64,000 nt of DNA from a virus (lineage: Duplodnaviria > Caudoviricetes). Of this stretch, positions 13,099-22,895 are shown in pieces (position 1 is the first letter of the stretch; every line of letters begins with the position of its first letter). The translations under genes were made by a program, and so were the position numbers. The DNA lies in IMG/VR virus record IMGVR_UViG_3300028591_000009, positions 32,001 through 96,000 of that record. One strand, given 5' to 3'. The notes below the pieces were generated by a model. It saw only the letters and a list, made by a program, of their open reading frames with translations, did not search any database and was not told the DNA's origin.

Positions 13099-14062
13099 AC
13101 TGTATTGTTTTTTGTAACCAATTCTTTACTTCTGTAAAGTCGTTTGACTTCACCGCGTCCGAAATATCTTTTGAGTTAAACTTCTTATGGACAAATATAG
13201 CATCTATTTTATATTTCTTACTATATTCTCTAGCTTTCCTCATACCAGTTGCATCTCTGTCAAATAGTATGACAATACGCTTCCATTTATATCGTAAAGA
13301 CTTCAATATATCATCAGGTATAAATGTAGTCTCACTCGAAGGTGATATAGCACTAAAACCCATCTCATACAAACACATAACATCTTTTAAAGACTTAGTG
13401 ATTATAAGGATATCCCCTCCCTCATAGGGCAGTTCAGCCAATCCCTGTACGTGCCGATTTGTCAGATTGGTACGCCATTTAGTATACTTTGAGGCTAAAG
13501 GTCTATAAATTTTAAATTTATCATAAACCTTATATGCATACATAGGACTGGTATCTTTGTAGGTTCCTCTGACGACTCTATTACAAAGATAGTATTTAAT
13601 GCTAAATACATTGAATTTCTTCAACGTATCCAGAGATATATGGAATTGCTTCCAGTATTTTTTATCAACTTCTGTAAATGGTTGACGAACTATTCCGATG
13701 TCAGATTCTCCAGAAGGAGTATATGACCGTGTCACAGTTGCCACACTGCTGGTTGGATTGGATCGCTTAACGATTCTCAGCAGTTCTTTCTCTAGTTCCT
13801 CACGTGTTTGAATATTCTTATAGAGTTTCATGAACTTCAGAGCATTTCCAGACACTCCTGTTCCATGATCTTTAAACAATAAAGCACCATCCTTAGTTGC
13901 GAATATAGCGAACGATGGCATCTTATCGTCTCCTCTTAAAGGACTATTCATAAGTTTCCCTGGCTTAAAAGCACCAAGATAATAAGAATAGATAGTATAG
14001 TCATCCACTTTATTCAACAAGTCTCTAAGACTCATTGTAATCGCTGTTTTTGTACTATACAT
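13091..14062 (-). CDS. DNA primase (crAss-type TOPRIM)
   Basis: SPLRGDDKMPSF..FKDHG N-domain; IITKSLKDVMCL, LFDRDATG, KDISD TOPRIM motifs. Confidence 0.85.
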   Translation of the reverse strand: MYSTKTAITMSLRDLLNKVDDYTIYSYYLGAFKPGKLMNSPLRGDDKMPSFAIFATKDGALLFKDHGTGVSGNALKFMKLYKNIQTREELEKELLRIVKRSNPTSSVATVTRSYTPSGESDIGIVRQPFTEVDKKYWKQFHISLDTLKKFNVFSIKYYLCNRVVRGTYKDTSPMYAYKVYDKFKIYRPLASKYTKWRTNLTNRHVQGLAELPYEGGDILIITKSLKDVMCLYEMGFSAISPSSETTFIPDDILKSLRYKWKRIVILFDRDATGMRKAREYSKKYKIDAIFVHKKFNSKDISDAVKSNDFTEVKNWLQKTIQYG

Positions 14063-14083
14063 GGCTTATAAGCTCTTAGTATG

Positions 14084-14166
14084 TGGGAAATGAGGGATTC
14101 GAACCCTCACGGTCAACTGACCAAGGGATTTTAAGTCCCTCGCGGCTACCTTTACGCCAAAATCCC
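14084..14166 (-). tRNA. tRNA-Leu(TAA)
   Basis: Cloverleaf with AGGGA-CTTAAAA-TCCCT anticodon arm, long variable arm, GGTTCGAATCC T arm. Confidence 0.9.
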
Positions 14167-14170
14167 GACC

Positions 14171-14470
14171 TTATACAACTCTAAACTCATTCTTGAGTTT
14201 ATTTTTAAGTTGCCATTTGTACATTTTTTCAATTTCTTTCAATTGTGAATCATCTTCACAATAATCTACCCAAGGTGTCCATACGACACCTTCATGGGTC
14301 CAATATTGATATCGTTTTTGTATCATAACTGAAGGGGCTGACAGATTTATTCCATCAGTCTTCCACCACTGACCGTTTATTCTAACATAATCGCCAGCAA
14401 TACACTTTCGTGGGCTGTCAACGTGCGAATATACGCGTATTAAATTAGAAAGGTTGGTCGTCAGCACCAC
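14171..14470 (-). CDS. Hypothetical protein
   Basis: 99 aa ORF in operon direction; start uncertain. Confidence 0.5.
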   Translation of the reverse strand: MVLTTNLSNLIRVYSHVDSPRKCIAGDYVRINGQWWKTDGINLSAPSVMIQKRYQYWTHEGVVWTPWVDYCEDDSQLKEIEKMYKWQLKNKLKNEFRVV

Positions 14471-14573
14471 TGACTGTCATAACCAGTAGAACGGGTCGTT
14501 TTTTCGTCTCCATTCCCTTAGTTTCAGCCAATCATCATAATGCATATAGTATGTAATACCATTTACATTAATC

Positions 14574-15164
14574 TCAAAAAGGCAGGTCGTCAGCACCTGT
14601 AGTCTCAGTAACCGGAGCAGTTGTTACACTGAGCGGATCTGCAGCAGGTTCTCTATCTGCTACAATGGGACGCTCCAAAAGATCGTTCTTCCAAAGCTTA
14701 ATCTGAGACTCTGTTACACTCATAGGTTCAATGAAAATACCATTCTTGGATACCTGTGTATAACCGTTCTTATCATAAGTTACCTTAAGACGAGCGGTAC
14801 CACTTTCTCCATCGTTAAGACACATCTTAGCCCAAGTAATCATCTCGATAAATGAAGAACCTTCAAAATCGTTATGACCACCTTTAATTGCATCTATTAC
14901 CTGCAGAATACGACCGAACTGCTGATTATCACGACGCTGAAGATCTTCATCCGTCTTAATCCACATATTCTTCTCATTCTTCCACTCAGTCATAGTAGCG
15001 GTCTGACCATTTTCATTCTCAAAGATAATCTCCAAGAAATCACGACCGTTAGGTGTCTTATTAACGTTTACCTCTTTTAAGGTAATATTCTCATTAATGC
15101 CCACAGGCATATATGAAGAGTTAAACTCCTCATTATTTGTTGTTGCTGTTTTTGTACTATACAT
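14574..15164 (-). CDS. Single-stranded DNA-binding protein (phage OB-fold type)
   Basis: Acidic C-terminal DDLPF tail; located next to the Sak4-like ATPase. Confidence 0.7.
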   Translation of the reverse strand: MYSTKTATTNNEEFNSSYMPVGINENITLKEVNVNKTPNGRDFLEIIFENENGQTATMTEWKNEKNMWIKTDEDLQRRDNQQFGRILQVIDAIKGGHNDFEGSSFIEMITWAKMCLNDGESGTARLKVTYDKNGYTQVSKNGIFIEPMSVTESQIKLWKNDLLERPIVADREPAADPLSVTTAPVTETTGADDLPF

Positions 15165-15181
15165 AATTTTTAAACTCTGAG

Positions 15182-15928
15182 TTATACTTCTGGTTTATAA
15201 ACACGATCCCAATAGGTTGTTATAGTTCCATCTTCGTTACCTGTTGCTATAACAATATCTTTACCTGCGATGTGCCTAGCACGTGCTTCCATAATCGTTC
15301 CGTCTCCTCCAGACTTGAAGCTGATGTGAGTTTCATTATCTTTGCGATAGACGTACCCGACAGCGTCGGCCATACCACACACAATTTTCCCAAGTTTACC
15401 AACGAGGTCGATTTCTTTTGCGTTAACTTCTTCTCCATCTTTATCGGTGATACTGTCTTTGACATGGCCTATTAGAATAAATTCGTCACAAAGGTCCTTG
15501 AACATATCAATTACCTTCTTCACAGCGTCTCTTAGATATTTGTAACCTGCTCCACGAGCGAGCGTAGTGACATCCGTTCCTTTCCAGTTTTTTCCAAGTT
15601 CCGTTTGTCTATATAGAGTGCAAGCATAAGACATACAAATGTCTTCAAGACGTGTGGCATTGTCTATTGTAATGTGTTTATAGAAATTATGTCCCAACTC
15701 ATCATTCTTAGCTCGAACGGCTTGTGCAATCTCTCCAAGATCATTAATGGTACGTGCCTGAACAGCTAGCGCATCAATGAACTTAGATCCGCCTTCAAGG
15801 TCTATGATGAGATTATTCTCCAACTGAGCTACAGCACTGGTCTTACCTGCCTTAGGAAGGCCGTATAAAACCAAATACTGCGGATTAGTCGAAGTTGCAG
15901 GAACTTTTTGAGTTGGTAATATTATCAT
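15182..15928 (-). CDS. AAA_24 / Sak4-like ATPase (ssDNA annealing)
   Basis: LYGLPKAGKTS, IIDLEGG, ITIDN, LIGH, MADAVGY. Confidence 0.85.
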   Translation of the reverse strand: MIILPTQKVPATSTNPQYLVLYGLPKAGKTSAVAQLENNLIIDLEGGSKFIDALAVQARTINDLGEIAQAVRAKNDELGHNFYKHITIDNATRLEDICMSYACTLYRQTELGKNWKGTDVTTLARGAGYKYLRDAVKKVIDMFKDLCDEFILIGHVKDSITDKDGEEVNAKEIDLVGKLGKIVCGMADAVGYVYRKDNETHISFKSGGDGTIMEARARHIAGKDIVIATGNEDGTITTYWDRVYKPEV

Positions 15929-15949
15929 ATTGACTTATAGTTCTAATGA

Positions 15950-16426
15950 TTAAAGAAGATTAATATTAATATTAGCTGCACCGTTGGTGTAGATATTAAT
16001 AATAGTCTTCTTGGTATTGGTACTCAATGACTTCAGGAAGTTGAAATCAGAGAAATCGGTATACTTATATGAATCGAAACCGATCTGGATCTCATCCTCG
16101 TAGAAAACAATGGGGGTACCATCACTCAGAGTATACATCTTACCGTAGATATACGGAATAGAGTAACTCTTCTTATACTTCTTATAATTAGCAAGAAAAT
16201 CAATAGCGTTGTCAAGCTTAGTATCATACTTCTTGCCCAGAAGAGCCTTGAAGAGGGCAGAGTCCTCATCATTCTTCTTACTGTTGTTAAACAGATAACT
16301 ATTCTTCTTAATTACATCAGCAATAACAAGATCGTCAAGAATCTTAGAATAGTTGGGTTTGCTACTAGTTGAAAAGGGAATACTATTGTTGTTGTTCTTC
16401 TTACCAAAAGTGTATGTTGTAATCAT
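15950..16426 (-). CDS. Hypothetical protein
   Basis: 158 aa ORF in replication operon. Confidence 0.65.
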   Translation of the reverse strand: MITTYTFGKKNNNNSIPFSTSSKPNYSKILDDLVIADVIKKNSYLFNNSKKNDEDSALFKALLGKKYDTKLDNAIDFLANYKKYKKSYSIPYIYGKMYTLSDGTPIVFYEDEIQIGFDSYKYTDFSDFNFLKSLSTNTKKTIINIYTNGAANININLL

Positions 16427-16467
16427 AATTCAGCCTATTTTTTAAGTTAATACTAGCCATCTGCGCA

Positions 16468-17391
16468 TTAACTTTCAACCAGATTGTTGTACATCAAATC
16501 GTTCTCGAATTCAAGAATACAAGGCTTTCCTGCATCTCTGTTTTTCAACATGTGCATGTACACCTTATTTTGTGTAGGTAAACGGTTTGGACCGTACTCT
16601 TGGATGTTCAATATCTCTGGTCTATGCATCACAAGGACATAATCGCTTGCTTGGAACATTGCATCAGATGACGATAAATCACTTCTCATTGGGTAATGAC
16701 TCAATGGGTTGTTTATCCTCTCTGAAGACTCAATATTTCTATTCATCTGAGCGATCTGTATAACTGACGTCATCGGGAGCTTTTTAGCCTGGATGAATAC
16801 TCTTTCGAGTTCAGATGTAGTTTCTATAACAGAACCTACTTGTTTTGTCAGCAACGTGTGATCGTATACAATAATAAAGTGTTTCTTAGAACCCTTTATA
16901 TGTGACTCATAGAAAGATTTAATAGTTCGTTCTACCTCTGAAGGAGTAGTTGGATTATCTACAAAATAGATAGGATACTCTTTCAACTGGTTAGATACTG
17001 CAACTACGCGTTTAAACGTCTCATCGTCCAGGTCCATTTCTGAACTATACAAGGTAGAAGTAGTTATTCGAAGTTTATTCGACAACGTTCTTCCAACTTG
17101 CCTAAATCCAACCATCTCTAATGAGAAGTTTAGAATGACTATGTCTTCAGTTGGATTCAAATCAATTATGTCGGTAGTTAGCTCATTAACAAATGAGCTC
17201 TTTCCACTTCCAGATATACCAGCTATGGTAATGACAGTATTAGGTTCAATACCTCCCATACACTGCTTATTAAACTTTCTCCACCTAGTTTTAAGAGATA
17301 CAATATTATGCTCTCTTCTTCCTCTAACGTAGTTGATAGCCTCTTGGGCCACAACACTCATCGGACGTACATTAGATAAGTTCTGTTCCAT
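16468..17391 (-). CDS. DnaB-like replicative helicase
   Basis: AGISGSGKS, FSLEM, YDH, AQMNR, SDL..ASD, KNRD motifs. Confidence 0.9.
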   Translation of the reverse strand: MEQNLSNVRPMSVVAQEAINYVRGRREHNIVSLKTRWRKFNKQCMGGIEPNTVITIAGISGSGKSSFVNELTTDIIDLNPTEDIVILNFSLEMVGFRQVGRTLSNKLRITTSTLYSSEMDLDDETFKRVVAVSNQLKEYPIYFVDNPTTPSEVERTIKSFYESHIKGSKKHFIIVYDHTLLTKQVGSVIETTSELERVFIQAKKLPMTSVIQIAQMNRNIESSERINNPLSHYPMRSDLSSSDAMFQASDYVLVMHRPEILNIQEYGPNRLPTQNKVYMHMLKNRDAGKPCILEFENDLMYNNLVES

Positions 17392-17938
17392 AAGAGTTTA
17401 CTGATATTTTGGAATTATCGTTCATTTCATCTTCTACAGCTTCCCATTGGCTACGTGTCAACCAATTCCACATGGTCATCATATAGCTAAGAGAGCCTTC
17501 TCTCATACGCTTAGATACTTCATAGTCGAGACACTTAATAATATGCTCGGCCATTGCAGAACTCCTTCCGCACTTGGTATTAAAGAAATGTCGACACTTA
17601 TTTACGTTCGCACGCAGATAAGATTTACTTCCATCCGCTCTCACAACATACACAGGATACATATCATAGAAAAGGTCGAAGTACTCTTTTTTAAGAGTAA
17701 CTTGTTGTAACAACTTCTCTGATGGTTCATATGTAACTGAATCACCTCTCCCTATCGAGTTGACCAAATGTTGATCGAGTAAGTATTGTATTTCGTCGTC
17801 GCTGATTAGGCTGACAATCTTGCGGACGTCTTGATATTTAGGCTGATTCTTATCCAACACAATACTCAGAAACAATAATTGATTTGCGTTTAATTCTGGA
17901 TTTTCATCCAAAATCTTTGTGTTTACTTCAATAATCAT
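17372..17938 (-). CDS. Putative replication initiator or helicase partner
   Basis: Winged-helix-like N-terminus and FDLFYDMYP..WL..QWE C-domain; lies between PolB and DnaB. Confidence 0.5.
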   Translation of the reverse strand: MIIEVNTKILDENPELNANQLLFLSIVLDKNQPKYQDVRKIVSLISDDEIQYLLDQHLVNSIGRGDSVTYEPSEKLLQQVTLKKEYFDLFYDMYPVYVVRADGSKSYLRANVNKCRHFFNTKCGRSSAMAEHIIKCLDYEVSKRMREGSLSYMMTMWNWLTRSQWEAVEDEMNDNSKISVNSYGTELI

Positions 17939-17968
17939 ACTATCGACTCTTGGGTTCTAAGTGTATTA

Positions 17969-19840
17969 CTAAAATAATTCTAGTTGTTGTTCAGTAAAGT
18001 CAGCAATTATCTTTTTGGCTTCACTGGTATAGTAACGATAGTTAATTTTGCGATCTTCTATCGGTGTATCATCAAACTTATTCAGGATTGTTACTCCTGA
18101 TTTTGTTAACATATTTGTTCGGTCTCTACCATCTTCAGGATTATCCTTATAAAGGTATTCACCGTTAGTGCTTGCATAAAATCTATTGATACGTTGTACA
18201 GGTTTATCACCATGCATAACTTTAAACTTCTTATCTACAGCTTGTGACATTAAGAAATCACGGATATCTTTATCCTTCTCAATAGTTTCTGTCACTGGAA
18301 TGTTATGGACAAAGTAATTTATTACAGCTTTTGGAATGACTACTGGTGCTAGTCCCTTCCCAAGCTTTGTTTTTGTAATAAACATACCTTTTTCTTCTAT
18401 CTCTCCGCCTTTCAAGACCCCAAAGTAGTCATTGATAGCGTATTGATAGAATGCTTCGTACTCATCTACTTCAAAACCAAGTTGTGTAATCTGTTCTACC
18501 TCTGAGATGGCTCTCTCTATACCCTCTTTAAGGCTGTTTTTAGCCCTGTAGACGACGCCATCAGTGTTGACCTGAATGATTTCACATCCAAGCTCCAAAA
18601 GCCTGTCTACAAGCATTAAAAGGATTAGCTGACCGTTTATTCTAATCTTAAAAACATTGAACGGATCATACATCCAACTTACCTCCTGTTGCATTTTACC
18701 AGTAGGAGAATTAAGCACGATCTTTAGAAACAGATTCTTAATCTTTTGACCAGTACGTTTTGCTTCTATTCGTTCATAATAAATACCTTCGAATATATCG
18801 CAAAATAGTTTTCCTAAGTGTCGAGGACCCAATTGATACTTAATTAATAAGCTTGGATACATACTAGTGACGTCGGCGTGTCCTATGTGCTCGTCATCTT
18901 TAGGGTGGAATATTTTCGGAGTATGTATAGAGTGAATACCTCCTACGCCTACTGAATACACCACATTTGAGAGAACAAACTTCTTCTCATAGCCTTTGCG
19001 CTCTTTAGAGTATACGATCTGTTTCTTCATATCCTCAAGAACGTCCTGTAACTTTGGATTTTTGTATTTTATAAACGGCAGAATAACATCCTTCAATGGA
19101 ATATAATCCATAGGAGAACGCATTTCCTTTATAACATTTTTTGGAATACCTGACCGTTTAGAATATTCTTCTAACAGGAAGGTTTCTGCCATTTTAACAC
19201 TGTCCATAGAAAGACAATCTATGCCGTGTTCTTTTTCGATAAACAACCTTAAATCGATTTGCTCTTTCAAGCGGCTTAATAACTCAGTAGTCGATTCAAC
19301 ATCGTTTATATTGTATGCTATCATTTCGTCAATTTTATCTACAGGCAAGGGTTGATCGAAATCTCCCTCATACTCATAGACATTCTTATAGTGCATTGTA
19401 ACCTGCATGGTTTTCAAACCCACTCTAAGCTTTTGACTAAACTGCATTGTGAGTAAGTCCATAGACTCGAAGTAATGTGCATACTTCCATCGTTTGAGCT
19501 TCTCACGACTCCCATCTTCGTCTTCCACTATCGTAGTAGATAGATTAAACAAAGACTGACAAATCTTCCAATAAGGTAAACTTGCCAGTGTATGTGAATA
19601 ATCAATTATATAATTGATTATAACATCGTCATAATGATGGTTATTATAACCACAAAACATTCGCATGCTTTGTTTACCCTCAGATAAAAAGAAACCAACT
19701 AGATCTTCTAGTTGATTCCTTCTTTCTGATATCTCAAATTTGTATAGTCGACTTGTCTCTGTATCTTTACAGCAACAGTGGAAACAATTAGGGAATATCT
19801 CTACGTCGTATACGTAGACTATTCGATTTCGTATCCACAT
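17969..19840 (-). CDS. DNA polymerase family B
   Basis: Exo YDVE and GYN..YD; DVTSMYPS, KIVLNSPTGK, NTDG; ends QLELF then TAG TAA. Confidence 0.92.
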   Translation of the reverse strand: MWIRNRIVYVYDVEIFPNCFHCCCKDTETSRLYKFEISERRNQLEDLVGFFLSEGKQSMRMFCGYNNHHYDDVIINYIIDYSHTLASLPYWKICQSLFNLSTTIVEDEDGSREKLKRWKYAHYFESMDLLTMQFSQKLRVGLKTMQVTMHYKNVYEYEGDFDQPLPVDKIDEMIAYNINDVESTTELLSRLKEQIDLRLFIEKEHGIDCLSMDSVKMAETFLLEEYSKRSGIPKNVIKEMRSPMDYIPLKDVILPFIKYKNPKLQDVLEDMKKQIVYSKERKGYEKKFVLSNVVYSVGVGGIHSIHTPKIFHPKDDEHIGHADVTSMYPSLLIKYQLGPRHLGKLFCDIFEGIYYERIEAKRTGQKIKNLFLKIVLNSPTGKMQQEVSWMYDPFNVFKIRINGQLILLMLVDRLLELGCEIIQVNTDGVVYRAKNSLKEGIERAISEVEQITQLGFEVDEYEAFYQYAINDYFGVLKGGEIEEKGMFITKTKLGKGLAPVVIPKAVINYFVHNIPVTETIEKDKDIRDFLMSQAVDKKFKVMHGDKPVQRINRFYASTNGEYLYKDNPEDGRDRTNMLTKSGVTILNKFDDTPIEDRKINYRYYTSEAKKIIADFTEQQLELF

Positions 19841-19867
19841 GACTCATAGGTTCTTTAGTTAATACTA

Positions 19868-19948
19868 GGGACAGGTGCTGGATTCGAACCAACATTCTAC
19901 AGCTGACCTATAGCATTACTGCAGTACTACCATTATACTAACCCATCC
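19868..19948 (-). ncRNA. tRNA-like RNA with enlarged (14-16 nt) anticodon loop
   Basis: Acceptor GGATGGGT/ACCTGTCC, D arm GTAT-AATGGTA-GTAC, T arm GTTGG-TTCGAAT-CCAGC. Confidence 0.7.
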
Positions 19949-19951
19949 TTG

Positions 19952-20050
19952 TGTACACCGAGGAATCGAACCTCTCTCCGTTTCGCGAGGACTCGCTTGG
20001 CGATGTCCACGAAGAACCGTCCTAACGTCAATTAGACTTCGGTAGTGTAC
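19952..20050 (-). ncRNA. tRNA-like RNA with extended D-position and anticodon-position arms
   Basis: Acceptor GTACACT/GGTGTAC, T arm GAGG-TTCGATT-CCTC, two long internal hairpins. Confidence 0.6.
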
Positions 20051-20088
20051 TAACACAGTTACGTGCTAAGCAGAGGCTTTACTGTGCA

Positions 20089-20856
20089 TTATGCGGCCTT
20101 ACGCTCAGGAAGGATTATTCGTCCTTTCTTGCGCTTATGGTCTCTCAGATTTCCAGCAACAAACTTCTCACTCTTAGCGGAAGCCTCGTTTACTTTCTTC
20201 TGAGCGTGTTTGAGAAGTTTAGAATCCTTCTTGAGTTCATTGACTTTATGACCTTCGCCATTTATGTCTTTGATCTCAGCGATCTGCTTCTCCTCAAACT
20301 TATGTTCACCAGTCTTATACCGACCAGTCAACGGTAACTTGTCAAACATTGAGACAACAAAGTCTCTGATGCGAGTCAAAGCCTCCTCACGTTCTTTCTC
20401 CCAAAGAGGAATATATTCGTCTTTGAAGAGATCGTCTGTAGGACAGGGCTTCGGATGTTTATGTTCCCACCTCTTCATCTTCTCGTCTTCATAAGCCTTC
20501 ATCTTTGCGGCTTTGCCGAGATTCTTCCAAAGCTTCTTCTCGTGGGCGTGTGCATCTGGGAACTCTGATGGATAATCCCACTTCTTAAGTTCTACGGTAC
20601 CATCTTTGTATCTTATCCACTTTTGTCCACGACATCTTTTACGAAGATTCTTTGGTTGAGGATATCCTTCTTTTGGATTTGTCCAACCACCTCCCTTAGT
20701 ACCTTTTACAGTACCCCAGGAATATTTAATATCAATGATATCTTCCTTCTTAGCCTCAGGTATTGTACAGTTTCTAACGGAATGCTGACGACTGTTGGCT
20801 GCAAGGTTCGCTACTTTTCTTCTACGAGCCTTAAGACGTATGCTGCTATGTGCCAT
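20089..20856 (-). CDS. Lys/Arg-rich hypothetical protein ending -KAA
   Basis: 255 aa ORF, highly basic. Confidence 0.7.
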   Translation of the reverse strand: MAHSSIRLKARRRKVANLAANSRQHSVRNCTIPEAKKEDIIDIKYSWGTVKGTKGGGWTNPKEGYPQPKNLRKRCRGQKWIRYKDGTVELKKWDYPSEFPDAHAHEKKLWKNLGKAAKMKAYEDEKMKRWEHKHPKPCPTDDLFKDEYIPLWEKEREEALTRIRDFVVSMFDKLPLTGRYKTGEHKFEEKQIAEIKDINGEGHKVNELKKDSKLLKHAQKKVNEASAKSEKFVAGNLRDHKRKKGRIILPERKAA

Positions 20857-20885
20857 ATTAGTTTACTTATTAGGTTTACCATATG

Positions 20886-21761
20886 TTATGCAGCCTTTTT
20901 AACGTTCGTAGAGGCCTTTTCTGAGCCTTTAGAGCTCTTTTTAGCGTTCAGCTGTACAGTTATAGCTTTCTGCTTAGCAATGCGCTCAGCAAGGCTTAAA
21001 ACAGCCTGCGTACTGTTGGCCTTTATCCACGCTCGCTTACCAATTTTAACTTTCGTCTTATTGGTTCCGGCGTTTGGACGGGGCGACGGCTTACGTCTTG
21101 CCAGGAGTTTTCCGTTCTTATTAAACTTCTCAGAACCGTGAGTTCTAATCGGTTTAATCTCTCTTGTAATCTTATCTTTAAGTCTACCTATTTGCATTCT
21201 ATGAATGGCACGAGTAGATCCACGACCTTTGAATGTCGCTGCTTTTGCAGCAGCTTTCTTCTCAGCCGTATTGTTAGTAGGCTTCTTTACCTTCTCTCTA
21301 TCTTCCTTAGAGATTACAGACTCCATCTTCTTGGCGTAAGGATATATCTTAGCCTTAGGTGGAGCGATCTCGCGTATCTTCGCGAGTACATCCTGGTTAC
21401 CGTCAATAGAGAAAAACGTATCTCCGTGATACTTATAATGAATATTAGCCTTTGCCAGGGCTTCCTTCACCATGGGACCATCGTCACGATTCAACATTAT
21501 TAAAATGTTGTATTCCTTAGGAGCGTCGAGCTGTTCTATGAGTTTCTTTACGAGCTCTTCTGTTTTTTCGTCGTCGAACTTCATACGCTTACAACGGCGA
21601 CGCAGAGCGTTAATACGGAAACTACGGTACTGTTCCTCACGAGCCTTCTTGCGGGCTTCCGTTTCTTTCATTAGAGTTACTTTACCTGTGGGAACTTTGG
21701 ATGTATTCTTGTTGGTAGCCTGACTCTTCTGAGCAGTTTCTACCTTTGTATTGTTATTCAT
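20886..21761 (-). CDS. Lys-rich hypothetical protein ending -KKAA
   Basis: 291 aa ORF with basic low-complexity C-terminal half. Confidence 0.7.
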   Translation of the reverse strand: MNNNTKVETAQKSQATNKNTSKVPTGKVTLMKETEARKKAREEQYRSFRINALRRRCKRMKFDDEKTEELVKKLIEQLDAPKEYNILIMLNRDDGPMVKEALAKANIHYKYHGDTFFSIDGNQDVLAKIREIAPPKAKIYPYAKKMESVISKEDREKVKKPTNNTAEKKAAAKAATFKGRGSTRAIHRMQIGRLKDKITREIKPIRTHGSEKFNKNGKLLARRKPSPRPNAGTNKTKVKIGKRAWIKANSTQAVLSLAERIAKQKAITVQLNAKKSSKGSEKASTNVKKAA

Positions 21762-21775
21762 ATTGATTATGCTAT

Positions 21776-21955
21776 TTATTTGTTAAAAACTTTGTTAATT
21801 AAACGAGTAATAAAACTCTTTCTCTTGAAGATATATACTATACCCTCTTCACCAGAATTGAATACAGCCTTAAGGTTGTAATCTTTGCTGTGTTTGTTTA
21901 AATCGGTGTTTGCCATAAAATGAGGCAGAACCACCTGCTTGTATTTTGGTTTCAT
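21776..21955 (-). CDS. Small hypothetical protein (start revised to MKPKYK)
   Basis: ATG directly preceded by CATTTATCAAAG leader motif. Confidence 0.55.
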   Translation of the reverse strand: MKPKYKQVVLPHFMANTDLNKHSKDYNLKAVFNSGEEGIVYIFKRKSFITRLINKVFNK

Positions 21956-22003
21956 CTTTGATAAATGAATTTTGTTAAACATGTTAATTATTGGGAAATA
22001 TTG

Positions 22004-22065
22004 CGATCAGTGCGGGAACGATCCGCTCGTACGTTTCTTTACACGTACGCACCAGCATTCTGATC
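22004..22065 (-). ncRNA. D-armless tRNA-like element
   Basis: GATCAG/CTGATC stem, CGTACGT/ACGTACG arm, GCGG-ATCGTTC-CCGC T-like arm. Confidence 0.45.
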
Positions 22066-22075
22066 CATATGTATT

Positions 22076-22618
22076 TTACGCTGCCATATCAATCTTAAAC
22101 ATATCTGCTGTTGCAGCATCGAGATCGATAGAAGTCTTCGTATTAAAGTCCTCCATTGCAGTATCAAACTTGTTAGCCTTCAACTGGAGATCCTTAATCA
22201 TAGAAGCAATCTTTGCAGATGTGAATACCTCATCCTTACCGATATTCTTCAGACCCTTCTGAGCCTTAGTCTTCTGGTCAAGAGTAGGAATCATCTTCAA
22301 CTGACAAATAGCCTCCTTCATCTCGCAAGCCATAAAAATACTATAATTGTTCGTCTTCTTAAACGCCTCCTTGTCAAAAGTAGTAATACCCATATTCAAA
22401 TACATAAGCATACCCTTAATATAGACAAGTTTCTCGGCCATCTGTGTGATCTCATTATAGAGATTCTTCACATCATGGGAACGCAGACCAGCCTTAATCT
22501 CTTTCTTGGAGAGAAGGTTCTCTGCCTTAATATAATTCCAATACTTCTTCTTCTTAGAATTAATCTCATCGCGCATAGCGATTATCTTACTTGAATTCAA
22601 CTTAATTGATTTCGTCAT
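22076..22618 (-). CDS. Helical hypothetical protein ending -DMAA
   Basis: ORF from track, start revised to MTKSIKL. Confidence 0.65.
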   Translation of the reverse strand: MTKSIKLNSSKIIAMRDEINSKKKKYWNYIKAENLLSKKEIKAGLRSHDVKNLYNEITQMAEKLVYIKGMLMYLNMGITTFDKEAFKKTNNYSIFMACEMKEAICQLKMIPTLDQKTKAQKGLKNIGKDEVFTSAKIASMIKDLQLKANKFDTAMEDFNTKTSIDLDAATADMFKIDMAA

Positions 22619-22895
22619 ACTATAAACATTTGATTTAGTTAAACTTCCGTGAATTATGTTGAATTCGAGATTACCTACGTGCCTTATATCCAATCGCTTG
22701 TGTATAAAGCTAAAACTAATCTCCGAGGAGAGGGTCCCTCGAGACCCTACTCCTCAAAACACCCTCAAGTGTATAAATGAGATTGTTTTTATTGTTGTTT
22801 TTACACTTCTCAACTAAGATAAGAATTGTAATAATAAGTGTTTGTAAATCCTTGTCTGCTAATGCCTCGACATATACAGACTAAATCCCTCGAGA

